Of a DNA stretch of 64,000 nucleotides, positions 1-11,902 are shown in pieces. The notes below the pieces were generated by a model that had not been told where the DNA came from, did not search any database, and was given only the letters and a program-made list of their open reading frames with translations. Source of the DNA: Ophelia neglecta (lineage: Eukaryota); the NCBI GenBank assembly GCA_965285935.1, contig OZ260665.1, positions 74,462,001-74,526,000 on the forward strand, read 5' to 3'. Positions within the stretch are counted from its first letter, which is position 1; each line of letters opens with the position of its first letter. The position numbers and the translations under genes were made by a program.

Positions 1-1312
1 GTTCACTGGCTTTGTTAAATATACAAGGAACAAACTGCTGCCCCCTTCACACCGACGCAATGAACGGCATGCAAACAGCAGATAAACTACATCTAAACAT
101 CGTTGGAAATCGCACCATGCTTGTGTAATCCAATCAGTGAGCTCGGTTTTGTTTTTTGAATGCAAAGTGCCTTAAAAGGAATTTTTCCTCCGTGTTCTAT
201 TGTTCGTCTGATTGGCAAGTGGCGAAGAGGATACACTTTGTAACCAAAACAGCTAAATGGGCAAACCTGATCTGCTTTAGTTTCCAATAAAAATGTACTT
301 GGTAACCAAAGACAGACTGAATGTGTTAGGAGTACCTTCATATATATCAGTGTAGCAAAGTTTTGGCAAGGTGCGCACAAAGTACTTAAGATTTAGAAGG
401 TCAAACTTGTAAACAATGTAACAACGTCCATTGAGAGGTTTACAGTCACAAGTCTATGTGTAATTCAGCAGCTAGTTGAATTAAGGAAAGCAATGCTGTC
501 ATGAAATGTCAAAATGCATTATCAAGATAGGACCTAGAAAAACCAATGAAACTTCACCACTACTTTTGGCATAGTGTCAAATACTACTTTCCCTGGCATT
601 AATAATAAAGTAGTACATTAGGGCACAACCTAGAAATATAAACACTACTAACCTGGCCTGGGAAAGGCTGTGAAGGGCAGTTCTGCTGTGGAGAAATACC
701 ACTATCTCTATCAGAATCTGAAAAATTCATGAATGACAATCATTAGAAACACATAGAGGTTCTGAAAACTAGATTCAGGTTCACAAGACACTGAACATTG
801 ATACAACCAATAAGGAAAATACTGAAACCATACACCAACTTTAAACAAAATTATGGTTTTGAGAAAATTAACCCATGTTAATATTATGCAAACAGTTCTA
901 TGTTAATAAATCAGGCACTAGATGATAGTTACATCAGGAGTTTGAGGGTGATTATAAAGTGTGGTCCATGAAGGTGGCTGCCTTGTAACAAAATAGTCAT
1001 GTCAGTTTACAATGAAAGAAAGAAGAACACAATAAAAATCTGAGGGTTCCGCACTTGTATTGAGGTATTAATGATAAAAGGGGGTGGTATAAGTAGTGTG
1101 AAAACAGACAGTTCTGCCCTATGATAGTAGTTATAAATTTGGCCATTTTTTAAGAAGTGCGAAAAACTCAATTTTTAATTGCATTAAGTGGGTCTGAAAA
1201 AAACCTTGATCCAGCAGTTTAAGAACATGTTGACATGACTTAAGAGATGGCAGTATTTTGTTGACGACGAGACAGCCACCTTTAGGTATGAGAAATGATG
1301 AGGCCTGCCTAC

Positions 1313-1537
1313 CCCCAGAGGACGAAGATCCATTCTTTGGTTTAATCAGTGGCGAGGGCGGGGGAGGGAAGCTTTCGTCTGACCCGACCGTTCCTCCGAT
1401 GTGGGCCATGTCGATGTGAGGCCCGTTAACCACTCCATTACAGCCCTGTGGCGCCATCTGGCGCCCATTGAGGAGATCAGGAACGGAGGGGGTCAGTGTT
1501 TTACGAGAACCATATTGAGACAACATACGGTTGGACC
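1313..1537 (-). CDS. CASKIN: Caskin post-SH3 low-complexity exon (G-SNRMLSQYGSRKTLTPSVPDLLNGRQMAPQGCNGVVNGPHIDMAHIGGTVGSDESFPPPPSPLIKPKNGSSSSG)
   Basis: Strong TTTTTTCTTTGCCCAG| acceptor in the correct phase (G+GG). The frame is open and CpG/GC-richer than the flanks. Likely donor is G|GTAGGC at 1312; an alternative AAG|GTGGCT near 1280 makes the 3' boundary less certain. Confidence 0.75.
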
Positions 1538-1779
1538 CTGGGCAAAGAAAAAACAAGCCATTTTAGGGCTATGCTCAAATATATATTTTCATTTTTGACT
1601 AAAAAGTGAATTATCTGCCCCAGTATTTGATCAAGAGAGTAAAGCAAGGTATGACAGGTTTTCTAGAATCTCAACGATGGCATCCGAATCCCTCTCAATG
1701 GCCCATTCTGAACCCTACCCCCTACCCCTGGATCCTAACTGATGGTGAAGGAAACATGCTGTTTAAACCTGGTCTAGTC

Positions 1780-1962
1780 TCCTTGGGAGGATGGGTCCCA
1801 GGACCTGGGAGAATGGGTCCCTACTCCTGGGAGGATGGGTCCCTACTCTCCCTGGGAGGATGGGTTACTGCTCTCCCTGGGAGGATGGGTTACTACTCTC
1901 CCTGGACGGATGGGTTACTACTCTCCATGGGAGGTTGTGTTACTACTCTCCCTTGGAGGATG
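1780..1962. repeat. Minisatellite, ~25-bp unit, ~7 copies
   Basis: CCCTGGGAGGATGGGTTACTACTCT is repeated; it produces ORFs 1606..1971 and 1791..2081. Confidence 0.85.
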
Positions 1963-2924
1963 CGTCTCTAGCATGCCTAGATCCTACAGTACACAGCTAT
2001 GTTACGAGTAAAGCCGAAACTCTATCAGTTTATCTAGTAACAAATATTCTTTTGAATACCCTAAAAAAAATATTCATATAATCTGTTCTGTGAACTGACC
2101 AGTGAGCAGTTCAGGTATGTGTTGAGGTCAATCAGCAACCCCTACTTGACCTCCGTTAAGTAAGAATTAAGGTCATGAACATAGACAGATCAAACAACTT
2201 TGTTTACCCAAGTCTGTCAGCTCTTAACTCAAAACTTAGGCAACATTTTCTTCAACCTAAGTTGCTATGATAACGGTAAACCAACTAGCTAGATCCTACA
2301 ATATGCCTAATGCTGCTTTGTATACCAGTGTGGTGAAGCAGAAGCTGCTGTGAAGTAGTGTACCATCACTACAAGACCGACGTGTACTGGTACTACTACA
2401 TCTGTTATCTGAACCATCCAATATGGGACCTCAGCCAAAGCAATTTTATTCCCATTGTATTTTTATCCCATTAATTCATTCTCATAAATAACACTGGGTT
2501 CCACTGTGTTACTGTTTTTCCTGCAATACTAACTGCACAAAAATCCTTGCTGGCTGTAATGAAAAGCAGCTGGAATCATTGGCTGTTAAAGGGCTTGTTT
2601 GTTCATAATAAGATTTGTGGAGCCTTTCAAAAGAATTTTATTTGAATTTTCCTGTGATAAATAAGAGCGTTGGCACGAGTCTGCTGGCATGTCTTTATTA
2701 ATAGCTAGCCCGTGACTTGTGTTAGGGAAGCAGTTAGTAGTACAGTAATAACACTACATGGTAGTTCTAGAGTCCCAAATCTTAGGGGTTCTTGGACCTA
2801 ATGTAAGGTACCTTTATCATAATTTGTCTCAAACTGAATATGATCCTAATTAGGTGTTGAGGCTTTTGGTAGCTTGCGTGTTTTCCATTTATTGACAGTG
2901 CCTTAAAATCCAATCATCAGATCC

Positions 2925-3145
2925 CAACCTTGAAACGTTGCCTCTAAAGCCTTACTTCTAACCACAGACCTCAAAGCCCTGCCCTCATAGCCTTCAAAGC
3001 CCTGCACCTCAAAAACCCAATCCTTATCCCAGCCCTCATAGCCTTCATAGCCCTATGACCCAGAACCCAACCCTCAAATCCCAGCCCTCAAAGCTCTGCT
3101 TTAAAGCGCTTAAACCCAGTCTTAAAGCCCTGCCTTCAAAGCCCT
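2925..3145. repeat. Low-complexity degenerate (AAAGCCCT/CCCTCA) repeat
   Basis: Many short-period AAAGCCCT, ATAGCC and CCCTCA units. Confidence 0.65.
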
Positions 3146-3698
3146 ATCAGCCTCCCCGGCCTCAGATGTTATGTGAGTGGCCAGTTAGATAGAGACAGCA
3201 CAGACCTCTGACCTCACTGACCAGAGCCGTTAGTCAGTATCAAAATAAAATTGATTTACATGTATACAAAACAAACAAACATGCTGGTCTTGAAGGCACT
3301 GACTTGTCTTATCATTAACTACCATTGTCACATGTATCTCAGGCAAACATAGAACCATTCTCAGCAGCCAGGCCCACTCTTACTGATGTGATCTACAATT
3401 AATAAAGAACTCAGTGGCCAATGAGAGCAACCCTTAGAGAGCACGGTCCATTCCCAAGGGAGCTAATACATGACCTGTGATCTCCTCTTACGTGATTACT
3501 GAATATGGTAAATAGGGCAGCACCACAGAGAATGGCTCTATCACACGAACCTTTGAAAATACACCACATATTAAATATGTCTGAGACGATCAAATACACA
3601 CATACAAACATACTTCATAGACGAAAAATACTGAGATTTGCGTTAATTAATTAGTCATTGTGTTGTTAATGAGGGAGGTAGATGAGCAGGGAGCTGAC

Positions 3699-3816
3699 CT
3701 TGGTGAGAGTCTATGAGCACCACGTGGCTGGAGGGGAAATATCCCGTTCTGGTGAGCTGCTGCCCGTCGTTTGTCATGTAACCCTTCCACATCCCGCTCC
3801 CATGCTGTTCTAGCAC
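3699..3816 (-). CDS. CASKIN: Caskin SH3 C-terminal half (VLEQHGSGMWKGYMTNDGQQLTRTGYFPSSHVVLIDSHQ-G), phase 0 to 1
   Basis: 118 nt with TTCTTTTTTAG| acceptor and AAG|GTCAGC donor. Matches Caskin [31 protein letters not shown]. Confidence 0.93.
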
Positions 3817-5084
3817 CTAAAAAAGAATATGTATCAAATTATTATACAGAATATTAAACCTACAACTGTTTGAAGTCCTATTGGGGGGGGGGGGGTCTGA
3901 GATCTTGTCCCCTTCCTTGTGGAAAATTTTAATTGGGGGAGGGGGGGAGGGGCTTAGGGCTCAGCCCCCTGTTTTCCCTCTGATAGGAGACACCCATCCA
4001 CACCCTAAAGGGGGTTTGGGAGCATAGCCCCCCAGGTTATAATATATAGTAAATTATTTTACAGAATATTTAGTAAACCTACAACTAAAGATTGAAGTCA
4101 TCCACGAGCAGTTTTCTTCAATTCATCTTGACCTGGTTTTCCAGAAATTTAGAATCCCCATAACAGTTCATGACATTTCAATTTGTTGGTTTTCATGCAT
4201 TTCGGTGGCCTTTCAGCCTGATTAATGTTGCCTGACATACCGGTAGTAGATGAGAGATGGGACAATAGGTGCCTTGTTTAAGAAACAGCTCAAGGGGCAA
4301 CTTGAAGGTGTGGAATGGGTGTCTCCTCTCAAGAGGGGAGCCTGGGGGAGGGGGAAGGGGGGAGGTAAGCCCCCAAAGCCTCCCCCCCCCCTAGAACACT
4401 GGATGGGGTGTGTGATGGGTGTCTCCTCTCAGAGGGGACCCTTGGGGCCTGAGCCCCCAAAACCCTCACTAGAATGGGTGCAAGGGACATCTTTAGGGAT
4501 TGGATGGATGACCCCTCTTAGAGGGGAACCTGGGGGCCTGAGCCCCCAGAACCCCCATCCAATTAGAAAAAGGGGCAATTCCCCCTTACTTTCCTATAGG
4601 AAGGAGGAAAAAACGGAGAACCCCCAAAAGGAGGGGTTCTAAACCCTCACCCTCCAACTGAGAGCTGATCTAACAAATTTTAAAAGCTATATTCTACCAC
4701 CAGGCCTTTACTACTGAAACACGCGAGCAAAACCAATTTCTGGATTAAAACAGAACTGTCTGCATTCTGTCCAGTGGACCGCAGGTATAGGCCATTGTTT
4801 TATTCGACTGAAGCTTATTTTCCGTGACCTATTGTTGACCCTACCCCTCTCAGTGCACCTGACAAACAGTGAATGTCCCTTGCAATACAAAGACTTGGAC
4901 AAGCAAAGGGTCAAAGATTAGCAAAAGGAACAATAGATCTGAAGTAATAAGGTCTGATATCATCTGATAGCTAATTAAGAGCTGAACAAATGTCAAAGTT
5001 TGGAGCACGACCAGCATGTCAATACTGGAGGATATCAAGTTACCTAACACCTATTACGTGTACTTTCTGCAGTAATGCAAAATA

Positions 5085-5271
5085 CAGTGAAACCTGTAAG
5101 TTAAGACCACCAAAGATAAAAAAGGGACTGGAATAAGCTGGTCTGATTTCAAAGGTGGTCTGTTTATACATGTTACTAAATATTGAAAGTATACACCATG
5201 GTCCTCATAGTAGTGGTCTGAATTGGAAGGTGGTCTGATTATAGGGGTGGTCTTTATGGCAGGTTTTACTG
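5085..5271. mobile_element. Tc1/mariner-pogo-type MITE, family A
   Basis: TIRs CAGTGAAACCTG / CAGGTTTTACTG, TA on both sides, internal GGTGGTCT repeats. Homologous in reverse orientation to 38040-38374. Confidence 0.8.
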
Positions 5272-8200
5272 TACATGTAGGATTACTTATGATGAAGAAA
5301 GAAATTTACATAAGCAGGGACATTTCACAAATCCCACTTCACACAATATATTTTCAACATTAATTTAGGCTGAGGAGTAAGGCTGGGGATTGACTTCCTA
5401 TGCTAATTAGTAAAATCGCATTAGGAAATTTTCAGAAGCAGAAATTATTTTTTCCCCAATTTTGCAATTGGTGAAACAATATTTCTCCTCCTGAAAATGT
5501 CCTTATTTACAGAATGCTACAACCTGGGCTTCAAAATAACTTATAAAACTTTATTAACACTATTGGCAGCAACAAGCCAAACAAATGCATGTACATACAG
5601 CAAACAGGATGACTAGACACAAGAACAACACATTATGTACCAGCTAGGTTTTCATGTTTTCATAGTCATAAAATGGTCAAAAATAGCTTCAGTGTGCATC
5701 TTAAAATATCAATAAACATACCTGGTCATGTTTTACCTGAAATAAATAACCTATAAAATAACAATTTACCTGTCTATTATGTTAGAACTAATTTGTATAA
5801 TCCATTAGATCTTGTAAATCCCCTGGGACCACCAGATCCACAGTAGCTGGGTACTCTATGTCATTAATATTTAGATCCTGGTAGCCTGATATATAGTTTG
5901 CTGTGAGTTCTCTTTGATCTCTACCCATCATAAAAGTTTCAATCATAAAGGTTTTGACAGCAGGATCCTGGGCACTCACTGGTGCAGAGAAGGGGCATGG
6001 GGTCCAACCTGTTCATGGGTGACACAAATTACCCCAGGTATTGTATTGAGGGTGTGGGCTAAGCGTTCCTTCCCAGAAGGGGACCTGGGACTGAGCCCCC
6101 AAGATCCCCTCCCAGAAGGGAACACACATCCACACCCTTCAAGAGAAACCTAGAGCCCCATTTTTGAACAGCTCTCCACCCTCCCCTGCAGGATTGTATG
6201 GTTAACCTGGGCAATTCACTTCTGATAAGATAGACTTGAGGTCAAACAGGTCCAAATCAATTACTGAGCAAAATCGATTGTAACACCATCGTTCAATGTT
6301 CAGTCTATTTAACATTTTGACCTATAAGAAGAAGCCAGTGAAATATAATCTCTAATATATGGAAAATGGATGACACATGCTCTTATCAGATTCAAAACAC
6401 TCACATAATGCAAGTATTGACAAATAAATATGCATTACAGTTGCCAATCCCTTAATAATTCGGGTCAAGTAAGGTCAAGTTCATAAAACATAGGCAAGAT
6501 GGTTATAAGTGCATACATTAGAATTTTTAAAATTTTAGAGTCTATTTGAGAATTCCATTAGTTTATATATTAATAGGCGTAGCAGACATGGTGTCTTGAC
6601 TTGATCAAATTGTGATTGGTACACATACCAGAAGGTCATTATTGTGCTGTGTAGATTAGTAATCTGATAGAATCCCTACATTTTAGGGAAAAAATTCCAT
6701 TTTGTTGCTCCGAACTTACACCACTCTAATCAGAAATTGACGGAGCATAAAATACAGGGAGTGATTTTAGACTTGTCTCTACGGCGTTGGCCAACCTCCC
6801 CAGCCTGGCTCCCATCAATTACAAAACTACCAAGCAATTCAGGGCAGATCCTATATGGCACCTCCAGGATTTATGAAAAAAAGGGGGAAAGTTTTCACTG
6901 AGAGGGTGTGTGATGGGCTCCTCTCCCAGAGGGCAGGTCTGGGGCTTAGCCCAGCACCCCCTCAGGGAGGGGCACCTATCACAACCCACACCCTAAGTCC
7001 AGATGTAAAAGAAGACAAGCCCCAACCCCCCAAAAAACTTCGCCTAAATCTGTGAGCAATAATCATATAACATTGGAAAAAACGATGTAGCAAATTCCAT
7101 CAGGCCCGTTTAGAACTTCAATATATCATCTGGAATGTCTTCTGAATATAATGTACTTAAATTGGTGGCATGACCATTCCATCAAGAATAAAAACATCTA
7201 TGAAACGAAATTATTTAGGGAAATTGATATATTAAGATATTTTCAGACAAATAGTGAATATGATGGAGTATGGGCTAAACTTCAACTAATCTGAGACAAA
7301 ATTGGACAAATTTAGTCTGAAGAGCTAGCTTTAATTGATTGGCAAATCAATTACTTGGTTTTGACAAAAGAAAAACAGATGACGTATCGTTTGAGTTGCA
7401 ATTCTGAAAATGTTGAATTAATTCTGGGTAGTGATTAACAGAGGATCAGTGAGGTCGTCTTCTCCATGTATTATTATAAAGAGAATTTAGCACCAGGATT
7501 TTGTAGATAGTTTCGGCAGAAATGACAAATTTGCCACCGTGAGAGCATTGCTTTAGTAATAATTCTGTCAACCACACTTTAGTATCAAGGGTGCTTGATA
7601 TAATTATTTAAATTATAATTTTCCTTTGTAATTAGTTATAACAATTTATCCCATAATTTGAAGGCTGTTTGAGGTATTAATTCATAATTTTATTGAAAGT
7701 TCGACAGTTAATGCAAGCCCGCTGGCTGGAGAGGTACATGAAAGAGAAATTAACCCATAGAGACTTGGAAAATTAACAAACAGAGCTTTAAAATGGGGGT
7801 TTTCACTTAGAGTGGTCACCAGGCTTTCACTGTTGTTTGTTCAATTTCGTCTCAATGGGTTTTGTAGTGGCCCCAATGGAAATTGTAATCAGCCTGAATA
7901 AATGGATGGTTAACATAAAGCATCTGGTGACACGGAATTAAACGACTTCATGGACAATGAACGAATACACAAACAATCTGGTGGCTATGTTTTTGTGGCT
8001 TTTTATACAATTTATTTTCGACTCCATTATTAACAATGCTGTAAAAACCTAACTCGGAGTGATCAACCATCATTTATCAAGAATTGTCACCGAGTTTTGT
8101 CCTGACACAATCTGTGACACAAGTCACAAAAAGTAACAAAAATAACTAAAAGTGTCATCTTGTTAATAAGATTTCACAACAGCTTGGAATTGAGTAAAAA

Positions 8201-11200
8201 CAGACCAGACGGACGATAAATCCTGAAAAAACTGGGAATTGTTTGGTACCATCACCTGTCACATTTGTTTTATTTTGTATTCAAAATGATATTAACTTTG
8301 TGAACAGGGTAATCGGCAGCTAAAAACATACTTGGCCTCCAGGTGTCACCCCGTATTTACATATTCGAGGCAGATGCAGGGCACTCAAGGGGTCAGGGGC
8401 AGGATGGAACTGGTGGCAGGTACACATGGGGGAGGGGTGGGTGTGTCTGCCCTCATGGTAAGGGTGTGGGATGGGTGGACCCTCCCAGGAGAGGGTGGGG
8501 GCTAAGCCCCAGACCCCTCTCTGCGAGGAGTCACCCATCTCTCAACCTCAAGGACCTCTCTTCATCGAGTTGCTAAGAGAAAAAGTAGAACACAAAGCAG
8601 GTTTAAAGCCCCCTACCTGACTCCCTAAATCACACAGTGGTTATAACATACACTTCAAAGTTAAATGGTGATTCATAATTTCTGCCACATTTTTTTCTTT
8701 CTAAGCATTGAGAAAGTTTTGTAGGCACAAAGCACTTGGAGTTCTTTATGGCGAACCAGCAGTTTGTGAAATATCATTCACGATCTGCCGTATAATTAAG
8801 TAAAAATTGTTCAGGTACAGCAGACCTCTCACTGATGCGTCATTTCCCAGTAAAACACTCAGTTAAACTGCATAGAAAATAGTCATCATGCAAAAACTAG
8901 AAATGGCCGGCTTCTCTGTAGAACTGAAGTGTAGTCAAGAATAAATGTGAATAGTAAGCGCATGCCTTTGAATACTCATGACTCTGTTTTTCTATTTTAT
9001 ACTAATGGTTTTTGGCAAAAAACTCTTTATTTTATGATAGGAATTGTATGTTTTGACATGGCACAAGGTAACTTATGTAGTGCTGTCACATGATCAACCT
9101 TTCAATTTGAAAGGCTTGGCTGAAGTTTTTCTTCTCTTACGTCAATTAATGATGTGGCATGGCAGCTGGTAAGAGAAATTAGCGTTGCCGGGCAACAGTT
9201 GCTAGGACGATAGATCAAGGATGCCTGTGAAAAGTGGCAATGTCAATGATGTTTTGTTGATAAAATAATGGCAAGGGGGTAAAATATAACCCAGAATATA
9301 ATGAATGTGTGTGTATTTGTAACTCAGTATGGATACAGGTGTCTGAACATATATAAAACGCTGAACTAATATATGTGTATTCATGGACCACAAACTGTTG
9401 GAGAAGTTCCCAATTGTGGTTATACGCTGCATAGATTTGAACGAAAAATAAAATCATCTGTTGTAGAGTAAAAACTATTATTTTCTATTCATATAAGCTC
9501 TATGAAAGCTGACCGACTTCAGTGACTTGGACTTTTACCAATGTTATTATCTGTAAATAACATTACCACAGGAATCCGAGGGATGAGGCAAAAACTCAAA
9601 TATAATACCTGGCACCTAAATCTACTTAGTGCAGTGGGCCAGCGGCAGGGGTACATCCATCAGGAGACGGACAGATAGGATCTCGGAGGGATATACAGGG
9701 TAACAGGATCAGACATAACAGGCTACACGGATTTACAGGGACAAGGGGGCTCGGACATCCAATTAGGTTCATACAATGTTCTGGGCTTGAGGGTGTGGAA
9801 TGGGGGTCTCCTTCCTGAGGGGGGTCTGGGGGCTAAGGGGCTGTGAGATAGGTGTCCTTCCCAGAGTGGGGTCTGGGAGCTGAGACCACCAGACCCCCTT
9901 CAGGGAAGAGACAACCGTCCCATACCCTCCAACTGAGAACTGACCCCCTTTTGTAACCCTAAATCTGGCTGGGTAAGCACGAATACTGGGCATAGATCCC
10001 TTAGGTTACCGTAGTTACTGGATTGAGATCTCAGGTAGAGGTTGCCAACAGGCTAATAACCCATGTACATGTATTCAAGTAACCTTTTAAAGTCACAAGC
10101 CTAGTCAGTATGAAGACAAAAGTAGGCTGTAAAACCTCCAAGCATATTGTTTAGGTCTGATGTTTGAATGTCTATGGTAAAGTTTTGCTACTGTTTTCCA
10201 GCCTTAAGTTTTCAAGATTAATCAGGCAAGTGGCTTGGTAAAACAATGCAAAGCATTAATAGCCTGCATTGATTTATGGTAAACAATTAGAGAAAATAAA
10301 CTACAAAGACACTTATCAGATGTTTTACACAACAAAAATACAGAAATAAAAGTACAAGTGCATTCATCAATGTGAATAGGAGCTGCAGACTTTATGACAG
10401 GAGTCGAGTAAGGACAAGGCCTGAGGTCTGACCGGGCTATGGGCTTACTACAGGATTATCAACAGTTGGGGTTGGGGGGAGTGAAGAGGGAGGCTTTAGA
10501 ATAGGTGGCTTAGGTTATATTAAGCTCCAAGCCTCCCCACCCCCTCATCCAAACTACCTCAATAACCCAATGGAGTAAAATTAGCAGGGGTGGGCCGGTG
10601 GGGTAAGGTACTGGGTACAGGGCTTGAACCCCTCTCCTCCCCTCCCGCCACCGCTCCATGGGAAACACCTTTCACACATACATGGACCCTCAAAAACCCA
10701 GTGGAATAACTGGAAACAGAAAATGGATGGGGAGGGGACAGGGGATGAGGCCTGATCCCCCCCCCCCACCCTTATTCTCCCCATTAAGCCAAGCTCACAC
10801 ACAAGTGAATTTCAGTAACAAAGACAGAAGCTGATCCTGCCTGTCTCCTTGTACAGTCTAGTGCCATAACCAAGTTTGAGACTTTCACCCGATGTCTTTT
10901 TCTTCCCGCGATGCAATTCATCTGGCAGTTATCTGAATAAAACTGCCCCAGGCGAGGCTGACAAAGATTTTATTTTTACTACAATCAGCTCAAATTACCA
11001 TTGTTATTACAATTAGATATTGCTTTCCTCAGACAAATTAGCAAAAAAAGCAGATTTTTGCCTTTTCCGGTTGTTTTATCAAATCTGTATTTAAAACAAG
11101 CAAAACTGTTAAAGCTTGGGCGTCGGCATATAATTGATATCCATATGTTTTAAGTCAATCATATAGAACAATTTTCTGCTTATATCCTGCAAAATGGGAA

Positions 11201-11807
11201 ATTGACTTGGAAATGTGAAGGCCGCAAACTACGCAGTTACGAGGCGAAAGGACCAACGCAAGGCAACAGTTGTGTCCTGCAGATCTAGGATGACTTAAAG
11301 TAGGGCCAGAGGGTTGGAGATGGGAGATTCATTCTAGCGGGGTTCTGAGAGCCAAGACGCCCTACCGGGAGTAAACACCCATCTCAAACCCTTGAGATGA
11401 TGCCCTGTAAGGCAACTCCTGTAAGGAAAAGGCAGAACTCCTGAATGTAAAAGAGGGGTTTGGGGGCTTCGCCTCCCCCCCCCCCCTCCCCCGAGTACAC
11501 CCTCTAGATCAACCAGTGTTTCTGCAAAATATATAAATCTTCCCTGACAGAAAAAAAACAACAAAAAAGGCAGAAAAAATAGAAAAAGCTGGGTTTTGTA
11601 TAGAAATGCTATCTCTAAGCTACCCATCAGTATAACTAACAAACAAGCTAAAACACTCTGATCAAACCTGTGTGTTAAAGTCAATGCCTCAAAGATATAT
11701 ATTAAAGCCACAATCCACAGGGTGGTCCAGAAAAAGCATTAAGGTTTTTAGACAAGTGTTAGCAGGGTGATTGTTTGTTTGAGAATGTAAAGTAAATGGA
11801 GACTCAC

Positions 11808-11902
11808 CGTGATCAAGTCTCCCTCCTTGAAGGATATGTGGTTGGGCTCATGCATGTTACTGTACTCCTTCACAACCCTGGCCGTCACCGCATAGCTGGC
11901 TT
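11808..11902 (-). CDS. CASKIN: Caskin SH3 N-terminal half (E-ASYAVTARVVKEYSNMHEPNHISFKEGDLIT), phase 1 to 0
   Basis: 95 nt with TTTTTGATTACAG| acceptor and |GTGAGT donor. The split codon G+AA gives Glu. Matches Caskin [32 protein letters not shown]. Confidence 0.93.
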
